Below, piece after piece: positions 7,012 through 14,379 of a stretch of DNA of 19,460 nt. Location of the stretch: assembly GCA_048881705.1 (NCBI GenBank), contig JBHLSH010000074.1, positions 1 to 19,460 on the forward strand, read 5' to 3'. How positions within the stretch are numbered: the first letter of the stretch is position 1; each line of letters starts with the position of its first letter. A program made the position numbers and the translations under genes. The notes below the pieces were generated by a model. It made no database searches. It was given only the letters and a program-made list of their open reading frames with translations, and was not told the DNA's origin. This stretch comes from Candidatus Heimdallarchaeota archaeon. Lineage in GTDB: Archaea > Asgardarchaeota > Heimdallarchaeia > Hodarchaeales > Hodarchaeaceae.

Positions 7012-7590
7012 TTATTGTCTTTCTTTATAGACCGAAATATACTCCTTAATTGTTCTTCCCAGCGATTGGAAAGCCTCGGTAACATTGAGTCCGGTCTTTG
7101 CTGAAGTATCAAGATAACTTATTTCGAAAGGGATATCTGAAATCTCGCCCTGGGAGGTTTTAATGAACTGTTCCAGGGCTCCATTGTCGATAGCATTTGG
7201 TAGATCTGCTTTATTTCCAAGTAGAATATACGGAATTTCTCGGCCAACGTTGGTAAAGAGTTCACTTTTCCAATTGGCAAGATTGTATAGTGATTCTGGA
7301 CGTGAACTATCGAAAACGAGAATAGCACCGTGGGAGCCTTTGTAATACAATGCCCTGACGGCACTGAACCTTTGTTGTCCCGCCAGATCCCAAATTTGGA
7401 ATTTATACTGCTGACCATCGATATTTAAATCTTGGACGGCAAAATCAGCACCAATGGTCAAAATATATCCACTTTGAAATCCTTTGCCTAGAAAGCGTTC
7501 TCTTAAAGAAGTCTTTCCGACCCCACCATCACCCAGAAGGCATATTTTATATAGAGGCACTTTAAATTCTCCTAGTTTAGACGTCGACAA
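7012..7590 (-). CDS. Ras-superfamily (Rab-like) small GTPase, 192 aa, TTG start
   Basis: G1 GDGGVGKT, G2 TIGADF, G3 WDLAGQ, Rab-like RFSAVRALYYKGSHGAILVFD, G4 NKAD, G5 TSAK. No C-terminal Cys. Confidence 0.96.
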   Translation of the reverse strand: MSTSKLGEFKVPLYKICLLGDGGVGKTSLRERFLGKGFQSGYILTIGADFAVQDLNIDGQQYKFQIWDLAGQQRFSAVRALYYKGSHGAILVFDSSRPESLYNLANWKSELFTNVGREIPYILLGNKADLPNAIDNGALEQFIKTSQGEISDIPFEISYLDTSAKTGLNVTEAFQSLGRTIKEYISVYKERQ

Positions 7591-7696
7591 ATAAAACGGA
7601 TCTTAGGGTGGATTTAGACGATTTGCATCTGATTTCTTACCATTCGACTCCAACCTTGCCAATATTTGAAGCCGTCTGGGGCTGTGGTGCGAAAGT

Positions 7697-7743
7697 TTAG
7701 AAAATGTTCTAATTGTTTTCGGTTGATTTTAGAACCCCTTCTA
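7697..7743. repeat. Two copies of the palindrome TAGAA-N4-TTCTA between pncB and the GTPase
   Basis: TTAGAA-AATG-TTCTAA (7697-7712) and TAGAA-CCCC-TTCTA (7730-7743), 32 bp apart. Confidence 0.6.
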
Positions 7744-7749
7744 GCCGCT

Positions 7750-9246
7750 TCAGGCATTTTGCCTGATATTTTTAATCATTCGCATTTTTGTCTCGAAAAG
7801 CAGCTCGCTAAGAGAAACTTTGAAGACATGTGGATTAAGCAAGCGTATGTATGTTGGATCTAAATACGCCAATTGGCTTTTCACATGCATTTGGCCCTGC
7901 TGCCAATCCTTTAGCGAAGTTTCTATCAGCTTCTTCCCCTTTTCCATGATTCGCAAAAGCAAAGGTTCGGAAGTAATGTCTCTTGGCAGTTTGAATTTTT
8001 TCATATGGTCAATTGGATGTCGAATCCAGGAATTTTCTGTTGGGGTAGCTTCTGATTCGAGACATAGGACATCTGCGATGTATTTTTGGGTTGTCATGTC
8101 TCTTATCCGCCATACGCTTTTTGCCCCTGGATTTATTGTTTTTGCAATGTTTTCACTAACCTTGATCCGGGGTTTTCCATCTAATTCCGTTAGTTTATAC
8201 ACCCCTCCCAGAGCTGCTTGTTCCCCCCCCGTTATAAGCTTTGTTCCTACACCATATACTAAATGCTTAACAGTTTCCTCCCTTAACACGAGATCTTCCT
8301 TTGTTTGGGCTCTGTTTCGCGTATCACGAATCTCATTCACAATGGATGTGATTGTATATTCGTCTAATTCGTTGGAGAGAACAATTTTGATATCAGGAAA
8401 ACCAGCTTCTCTAAAAGCTTCGTATACACGGATTGACAGGTATGCCAAATCCCCTGAATCGATTCTGACGCCAGCTAATTCCTTGCCTTTCTTTCGCAGA
8501 TCCAAGGCTATCTGCACCGCATTAGGAAGCCCAGATTCTAGCACATTATATGTATCAATTAGTAATAGGCATTTATCAGGAAAGACTTTAGCGTATTCTT
8601 GAAAAGCTTCAAATTCTGATGGAAAAGCTTGTACCCAACTGTGTGCTTGGGTACCGATGGGAGGACATTGCCACCGTCGGGCTCCATCAACAAAGGATGT
8701 GCCGACACACCCGCCTATCAAAGCTGCCCTCGTACCGAGATATGCACCATCGCCTTGAGCCCTACGTAGGCCAAATTCGACCACGTTTCCCCCACGCGCC
8801 GCATAAACAATTCGGACGGCTTTGGTGGCGATCAGACTTGAATAATTAATTATGTTAAGCAAAGTAGATTCAACAAGCTGAGCTTCAATAAGAGGTGCTG
8901 TCACCTTGAGGACTGGAGTCTGTGGAAAAACTATAGTTCCCTCCTTGACGCCTTCTACATCACCTGTAAACCTAACGGTTTCAAGATAGTCCAGGAAGTT
9001 TTGGCTGAATGTTTCAAGACTTTGGAGGTAATCGAGTTCTTCTGGGGAAAATTGGAGATTTTCAAGGTATTCCAAAGCTGGTGGTATCCCACATGCAACA
9101 GTAAACCCGCCGTTAAACGGATTAGATCGAAAAAAAAGATCAAATGTCGCGTTAACTTTTGATCCCACAGTGTTGAAATAACCTTGTGCCATTGTTAACT
9201 CATAAAAATCTGTGAAAAGCCCCCGTTCCTTAGTGTATCCGAACAT
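7750..9246 (-). CDS. pncB: Nicotinate phosphoribosyltransferase, 498 aa
   Basis: LFTDFYELTM, FFRSNPF, EFGLRRAQG, GTQAHSW (phospho-His), LIDTY, GVRIDSGDL, YGVGTKL and GGVYKL. Confidence 0.96.
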   Translation of the reverse strand: MFGYTKERGLFTDFYELTMAQGYFNTVGSKVNATFDLFFRSNPFNGGFTVACGIPPALEYLENLQFSPEELDYLQSLETFSQNFLDYLETVRFTGDVEGVKEGTIVFPQTPVLKVTAPLIEAQLVESTLLNIINYSSLIATKAVRIVYAARGGNVVEFGLRRAQGDGAYLGTRAALIGGCVGTSFVDGARRWQCPPIGTQAHSWVQAFPSEFEAFQEYAKVFPDKCLLLIDTYNVLESGLPNAVQIALDLRKKGKELAGVRIDSGDLAYLSIRVYEAFREAGFPDIKIVLSNELDEYTITSIVNEIRDTRNRAQTKEDLVLREETVKHLVYGVGTKLITGGEQAALGGVYKLTELDGKPRIKVSENIAKTINPGAKSVWRIRDMTTQKYIADVLCLESEATPTENSWIRHPIDHMKKFKLPRDITSEPLLLRIMEKGKKLIETSLKDWQQGQMHVKSQLAYLDPTYIRLLNPHVFKVSLSELLFETKMRMIKNIRQNA

Positions 9247-9351
9247 TATCGGTTTTTCTCCAGGATGTTCCTTTTGAGCAGCGTTTTAGAGAAAGGAAAG
9301 TTTTCAAAAAGATTTTGGATATATTTGGTCAAATGCATTAGGGTGTATTCC

Positions 9352-10020
9352 ATGGAAATTTCCCAAGTTGAACTAGCTTCTGATATTGAGGTGAAGGAGA
9401 AAGACGCGTTGATTGTAGTAGATATGCAAAATGATTTTCTACCAGGTGGGGCCCTCGCTGTGAGGGATGGAAATACTATCATTCGGGGTATTAATAGAAT
9501 CGGTACCCAATTCTCGAAAAACCCCATCATATTTACTCAGGATTGGCATCCGCCTGGTCATCAATCCTTTGCGAGCTCGCACGAAGGAAAAAAACCCTTT
9601 GATCTGTACGAGACACCAGGTATTGGCCCAGTTTTATGGCCTGACCATTGCGTCCAAGGTACGAAGGGTGCCGAGTTTTCTTCCGAACTAGACACGACCA
9701 TGGCCAACCTTATCATTCGGAAAGGATCTCGCCCTGCAATTGATTCATACTCGACCTTCCTTGAAAATGACAAGGTTACACAAACAGGCTTGCACGCCTT
9801 TCTAAAGGGCCTTAAGATAAATCGGGTTTTTCTGTGTGGTTTGGCTCTAGACTACTGTGTTTATTTCTCTGCTATTGATGCCAAGAAGTACGATTTCGAT
9901 GTTGTCCTCGTACTGGATCTTACCAAACCTGTGGCATCACCCGAGGATAGCGTGGATAATGCCCTCCAAGATATGATCAATAACAGAATCACCTTTATAA
10001 GTTCAGATATACTTTCATAA
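9352..10020 (+). CDS. pncA: Nicotinamidase/pyrazinamidase (isochorismatase family), about 222 aa; the upstream extension from 9265 is probably not translated
   Basis: VVDMQNDFLPGGALAV, TQDWHP, WPDHCVQGT, IRKG...DSYSTF and CGLALDYCV. The ATG at 9352 is preceded by GGGTG; divergent from pncB. Confidence 0.95.
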   Translation: MEISQVELASDIEVKEKDALIVVDMQNDFLPGGALAVRDGNTIIRGINRIGTQFSKNPIIFTQDWHPPGHQSFASSHEGKKPFDLYETPGIGPVLWPDHCVQGTKGAEFSSELDTTMANLIIRKGSRPAIDSYSTFLENDKVTQTGLHAFLKGLKINRVFLCGLALDYCVYFSAIDAKKYDFDVVLVLDLTKPVASPEDSVDNALQDMINNRITFISSDILS

Positions 10021-10057
10021 TCCCTTTGTACCTGAAAAAACGAAGCAGGATGTCAGG

Positions 10058-10510
10058 ATGCTTGTTTACTGGATCAATCGAAGTTACAATGCCCGGTTAG
10101 GAGGGGTCAATAGGCTGGACATTGCTGATGTTGGATTTCTGATAGGAACCAACTTGGCTGGAATAGTGTGTCTAGAGAAAGAGGCAAGTTCCCAGGAATT
10201 GGCTCAAATTCTTGGGGTATCATGGCTTCACATCCCTATGGTTGCTGGGAACCCGCCATCAGATGCAGAATTAAAGCAGATCGTAGATTTTGTCCACGAT
10301 TGTGAGAAAAATGGCACCAATCGCCCTATATTGTTCCATTCTGAATCGGATTGTTCCGGAACTATCCTCGCTGCCCTTTTAATCATTCTCGACGGATTAC
10401 CTCCCGATTTAGCCATAACTCGAATACGAGCTGTAAATCCTTTCGCTCTAAACAACCAAGCTGATTATAACTTTGTAAATACAATGAAACCTGGTTTCCT
10501 TAACCGATAG
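10058..10510 (+). CDS. Dual-specificity/PTP phosphatase-fold protein with degenerate active site (probable pseudophosphatase), 150 aa
   Basis: The pattern IVCLE, WLHIP...PPS..L..IV.F, ILFH...SGTILAA, AI..IR..NP follows small archaeal DSPs, but the P-loop reads HSESDCSGT instead of HCxxGxxRSGT. Confidence 0.75.
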   Translation: MLVYWINRSYNARLGGVNRLDIADVGFLIGTNLAGIVCLEKEASSQELAQILGVSWLHIPMVAGNPPSDAELKQIVDFVHDCEKNGTNRPILFHSESDCSGTILAALLIILDGLPPDLAITRIRAVNPFALNNQADYNFVNTMKPGFLNR

Positions 10511-10540
10511 GATAACCCTTAATATTTCTAGGGTAATAGT

Positions 10541-11134
10541 GTGGCTAGAGATTCAATGACAAATCGAAAGCTCACAAAGGGAACTATCCTAGGTATTATT
10601 GGATTTCTGCTTCCACAATGCGTTTTTTTGTATACGGGCACTAGCAGTAGCGTTACAATCTGGATTTTTCTCTCCTTTATTTACGCATTTGGATACTACG
10701 AGTTCCCTATCCTGTTTGGAACCGAATCTGACTTGGGATTTGACATCTTGAATCCGAATTGGTGGTTTAATCCAGGGGATATTGCGACCACTGCAAATTT
10801 CTTAACAGATGCGGATTTCTATATTCAAGCGTTTGCGACATTTCTTTACGGGGGTAGTTATGGCAATTCAAATCTCGATATTGGTGGAATTCTATTTGTT
10901 GTTGCAGGGATTTTTGGTATAGTGGGAATTTTACTGGGAATGAAATCCATTCGGCTCTCTGGGATAGTATTTATCGTTGCTGGCTTGATTTCTCTCCTGG
11001 CCGTCTTTATGGGATGGCAGAACGCGATCAGCCATCCGTGGTTTGGCGGATTCGTGGACTCTAACTTTCTGATGATTCCTCTTGGCAATATTATTTTGCT
11101 GTTGGGCGGGATCTTGAATGTTCGGGAAACGTAA
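10541..11134 (+). CDS. Multi-pass membrane protein of unknown function (about 4-5 TM helices), 197 aa; alternative ATG 10556
   Basis: Hydrophobic segments ILGIIGFLLPQCVFL, IWIFLSFIYAFGYY, GGILFVVAGIFGIVGILLG, GIVFIVAGLISLLAVF and IPLGNIILLLGGIL. Confidence 0.85.
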   Translation: MARDSMTNRKLTKGTILGIIGFLLPQCVFLYTGTSSSVTIWIFLSFIYAFGYYEFPILFGTESDLGFDILNPNWWFNPGDIATTANFLTDADFYIQAFATFLYGGSYGNSNLDIGGILFVVAGIFGIVGILLGMKSIRLSGIVFIVAGLISLLAVFMGWQNAISHPWFGGFVDSNFLMIPLGNIILLLGGILNVRET

Positions 11135-11226
11135 TCCCGTCCTATTGCACGATATTAAGAAAGAAGAATCATTAATTCTGAGATTATAATTCCAATATGC
11201 CATCAAGCGGACTAAAGTGACAGTTA

Positions 11227-11322
11227 ATGGGATTAGCAAATCCTGATGCAAATGAAACCTTTTCCGAATTTTTGGATCGAATCGATTCGGCACCTACTAA
11301 GAAATCCTTTGGCTTAAAATAA
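11227..11322 (+). CDS. Candidate 31-aa small protein MGLANPDANETFSEFLDRIDSAPTKKSFGLK (not in the ORF track)
   Basis: ATG...TAA inside a 340-bp gap; TTATAA at 11184-11189 and AAGTGA 6 nt before the ATG. Confidence 0.3.
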   Translation: MGLANPDANETFSEFLDRIDSAPTKKSFGLK

Positions 11323-11473
11323 ACTGCTGTTACCGCAGCTGAAAATTTTAGATATGTTGAAAAATCTGCCTCTTTATATTTCAGTCGGATGTTTTGGCCA
11401 AGAAAAAGCGGGCGAAAGATCAGAAAGTAGATTCGGAGGTCAAGTCGCGCTCAAAAATCTCCGAAATCGCGAT

Positions 11474-12628
11474 TTATTCGTCTTCTGGGGATGAGAGTGC
11501 GGTCTTTTTAAGAAATTCAAAGATAACTCGTTCTGCTTCAAGTACCTCTGCAATCGCAACGCGTTCATCAGCAATGTGAATTGCCTGAGGATCACCAGGC
11601 CCATAAATTACAAATGGAACAGGATTTTCTGATTCTCCCACTAACACGGCGGCATCGGTCCCATAATTAAGACCGATTACAGAGGATCGATCTGGGCGTT
11701 TGCCAAGCGTTATGAATTGTTTAACGAATTCATTATCTGGGGAGACGGAGAGAGGGGCCATTATTTGTCTCACAAGATGTGTAAACTTTGCTGGAGAACT
11801 TTGCATCTCAGATTTAAGTAAATCGGCAATCTTTTTTGCAAAACCCTGGGGATTTATGGGCGGGACCAGCCTATAATCACATTGTAGTTCAGCATACTCT
11901 GGTACCACATTAGCACTCTTGCCCCCTTGGATAACTCCAATGTTTAATGTGCTTTGGCCCAAAATAGGATCCTGAAGTTCTGGAAGGGCAGATCGCAGCA
12001 TAGGAAAGAGATCGGTTATAGCTTCAATAGCATTTATGCCTTTTTCTGGAGTCGATCCGTGCGCAGCTCTTCCTCTAGCTTGAATAGTCATCCATAAAAC
12101 CGCTTTTTCGGCTATTCCCACATTCAGTCCAGTTGGTTCAGCCACTAGAAGAAAATCTGCAGAATTCATAATTCCGCTTTTTACTGCATGCTTTGCACCT
12201 TCAAGGCCAATCTCTTCATCAGATGTCCCTAAAAACGTCACCATATAATCTAAATCCTTATTTTCAGATAACCGATTGAAATGCTTCACGGCACCTAGGC
12301 AAGCGGCAACTCCCGCTTTCATGTCAGCTGAACCCCTCCCATAGACATATCCATCAAGTTCCTGAGCACCTATGGGATCTTTGGTCCAGTTTGATCTTTT
12401 TCCAATCGGTACGGTATCTAGATGACCCGTAAGGACAAGAGAACGAGGGGCATCGCCAACAGAAAGGATAATGTTAGCCTTATCTGTATCATAATAGTCG
12501 CATTCGGAAGTAATTCCTTCTTCAGCCGCCCATTCCCGAATCCATTCCACTATATGTCTGGTATTTCCAGGGGGGTTTTCAGTGTTCCGTTCAATTAACG
12601 CTTTCAAAGTTTTTATTGTATCTGACAC
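11474..12628 (-). CDS. M20-family metallohydrolase (ArgE/DapE-like deacylase), 384 aa
   Basis: TGHLDTVP, YGRGSADMKAG, SDEEIG, AEPT, AHGSTP, GGKSANVVP, YGTDA and GPG...HIADE. Confidence 0.95.
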   Translation of the reverse strand: MSDTIKTLKALIERNTENPPGNTRHIVEWIREWAAEEGITSECDYYDTDKANIILSVGDAPRSLVLTGHLDTVPIGKRSNWTKDPIGAQELDGYVYGRGSADMKAGVAACLGAVKHFNRLSENKDLDYMVTFLGTSDEEIGLEGAKHAVKSGIMNSADFLLVAEPTGLNVGIAEKAVLWMTIQARGRAAHGSTPEKGINAIEAITDLFPMLRSALPELQDPILGQSTLNIGVIQGGKSANVVPEYAELQCDYRLVPPINPQGFAKKIADLLKSEMQSSPAKFTHLVRQIMAPLSVSPDNEFVKQFITLGKRPDRSSVIGLNYGTDAAVLVGESENPVPFVIYGPGDPQAIHIADERVAIAEVLEAERVIFEFLKKTALSSPEDE

Positions 12629-12634
12629 GTTTAG

Positions 12635-12892
12635 CTATGTCTCCTCTTTTTGTTTATGTTTTAGGTCAGTTGGATCTGGATTTTCTGAATCTAGCGATAT
12701 TTCTGCGAATATAGGGCCTTTATACCCGCAATACTCACAGTAATAGATAGGTGGCGCTATAAAGCTAAGAAACGACGGCAGACATTTGACATCTGAAAAA
12801 CACACGGGACAAACACTGAAGGTTATGGAATTTCCCTTGGGACGGCGAAGAAGTTGACGGATCTCTGATAGTGTCCGGAAAAAAGTTTTCAT
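12635..12892 (-). CDS. Small zinc-ribbon protein; start uncertain (ATG 12892 has an SD; alternatives ATG 12940 and TTG 12988)
   Basis: CPVC...PPIYYCEYCGYKGP two-knuckle pattern; GAGG 5 nt before ATG 12892; only 6 nt from the M20 gene, so probably co-transcribed. Confidence 0.75.
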   Translation of the reverse strand: MKTFFRTLSEIRQLLRRPKGNSITFSVCPVCFSDVKCLPSFLSFIAPPIYYCEYCGYKGPIFAEISLDSENPDPTDLKHKQKEET

Positions 12893-13116
12893 ACTATCCT
12901 CTTCATCAACTTCTGAAAAGTTTTTTATCTTTGGTCGCATAATTTTCGCATTGTTGGCAGTTTTTTGTTCATAGATAAAGATAAACAAAAAATCCGAAGT
13001 TTTTTCGGTGTATAGCGAATTTCAGGTTACGGAGGAAGCTTTTTTTATCCATGTTCAAGATTTGAACTGTACCCAAATAAGAGAAATTCTCATTGAATCC
13101 ATCGTTGTAGAAAGAA

Positions 13117-13692
13117 ATGGGCCTTCAATATAATTATCTGGCAAAAATCTTGTTGGTTGGGGAATTTAGAGTCGGGAAATCCTCCTTAGTACTGCGCTAC
13201 GTCGAGGGACGTTTCCCTGGGGATTACATGGCAACCATCGGGGCAAATTTCTTAGTTAAAACGGTTCGCTTAGAAAAAGATGGGGAAATATTCCGTGTTG
13301 GGTTACAGATCTGGGATATTGGAGGTCATGCACGATCCACTCAAGTTGGGCGAGTTTTTTTTCAAGGAGTCTCAGGTGCATTACTTGTATATGATCTAAC
13401 CAGGAAAGATACACTTGAAAAACTGCCATTGTGGGTAGAACAATTAAGAAAGTATTCGCCTGAGGCTAAATTATATCTTGTTGGAAATAAGGATGATTTA
13501 GAGGAGGAGCGGGTTATTACACAGGAAGAGGGAAGACATGCAGGAATGGATGAATTAGGTGCTGAGAACTTTTTTGAAACCAGCGCTAAAACGGGGCACC
13601 GTGTGGAGGAGACGTTCGAGGAACTTGCGGAATTATTAGTTAATGTCCATAAAGACAAGCTGGAACCAGTTGAAACAGACTCAGATCTCTGA
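13117..13692 (+). CDS. Second Ras-superfamily (Rab-like) small GTPase with atypical G1/G3, 191 aa
   Basis: G1 GEFRVGKS, G2 TIGANF, G3 WDIGGH, GALLVYD, G4 NKDD, G5 TSAK. No C-terminal Cys. Confidence 0.95.
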   Translation: MGLQYNYLAKILLVGEFRVGKSSLVLRYVEGRFPGDYMATIGANFLVKTVRLEKDGEIFRVGLQIWDIGGHARSTQVGRVFFQGVSGALLVYDLTRKDTLEKLPLWVEQLRKYSPEAKLYLVGNKDDLEEERVITQEEGRHAGMDELGAENFFETSAKTGHRVEETFEELAELLVNVHKDKLEPVETDSDL

Positions 13693-13803
13693 ATCAACCA
13701 AAAAGCGTGCGCTCGTCATGGTGAATTAGTAGGGCCCAAATGATTCGGATAAGATTCCCAAGAATATAGTGCCCTAGCTCCATAAAACGAGAAGTACCCT
13801 CCG

Positions 13804-14178
13804 TTACGACGCAGCACTCATCAACATCAGTTCTTTAACGCTGGATACGTCTTCGATAGTTGTCCTTAGGGTATTGGCCTCTTCGGATGAAACTTCCCGG
13901 TTTGCTTCAAGGTACTCTAGGATATCCAGGAATAATTCTTTTGCGTAAGGGAAATCTGTTGTTGCTTCGGGCATCGAAGAAAGGGCAAAGGTTAATTTAT
14001 CTGCTATCGAGGCCTCAGGCACCTGCAAGGCGTTTCTGACGGTTGATAGGTGGATTTGATCATCTGAAATCGATTGAGCAATTGATTTCCTTCTTTCGGC
14101 CTCTTGGGCGGCATCATGGTCGAGTACAGGGACAAAAAGTTTTTTGAAAAATCGTACTAACCGGACAACCCGACTCAT
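13804..14178 (-). CDS. Hypothetical helical protein with basic amphipathic N-terminus, 124 aa
   Basis: ATG-initiated ORF filling the gap; MSRVVRLVRFFKKLF N-terminus; acidic helical remainder. Confidence 0.7.
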   Translation of the reverse strand: MSRVVRLVRFFKKLFVPVLDHDAAQEAERRKSIAQSISDDQIHLSTVRNALQVPEASIADKLTFALSSMPEATTDFPYAKELFLDILEYLEANREVSSEEANTLRTTIEDVSSVKELMLMSAAS

Positions 14179-14379
14179 ATATTCAATCGCCTTCTTATGC
14201 TAGCTATAAGAAAAGCACGATAAAACCTTTGTCAGTTATGTTTTCAATCAAAAGGCTTTAAAAATCACAACCCTTTGATCTTAGTAAAGTCACAAACTGG
14301 ATTCTGATATATTCCTTCCGATTTATTCTGATAAACTCATTCTTTCCTGCAACTATCCATAATTAATGTGTGAACCGAG

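Noticed and set aside
7820-8602. 260-aa plus-strand ORF
   Set aside because: Entirely antisense to pncB; no motifs; long shadow frames are expected opposite conserved genes.
9232-9249. TAGTGT-ATCCGA-ACATTA imperfect palindrome over the pncB start as an NrtR/NiaR operator
   Set aside because: Spacing is GT-N6-AC, not the GT-N7-AC of NrtR; it has a mismatch, lies mostly in coding sequence, and no such regulator is in the window.
9265-9351. 29-residue N-terminal extension of PncA in the ORF track
   Set aside because: It would occupy nearly the whole divergent promoter; ATG 9352 has an SD and gives a normal-length enzyme.
11394-11579. 61-aa plus-strand ORF starting MAKKKRAK
   Set aside because: More than half overlaps the M20 gene antisense. 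The nearby TTTATAT would place the TSS downstream of the TTG start.
7012-13692. C-terminal prenylation signals on either GTPase
   Set aside because: The termini are YKERQ and ETDSDL, with no Cys.
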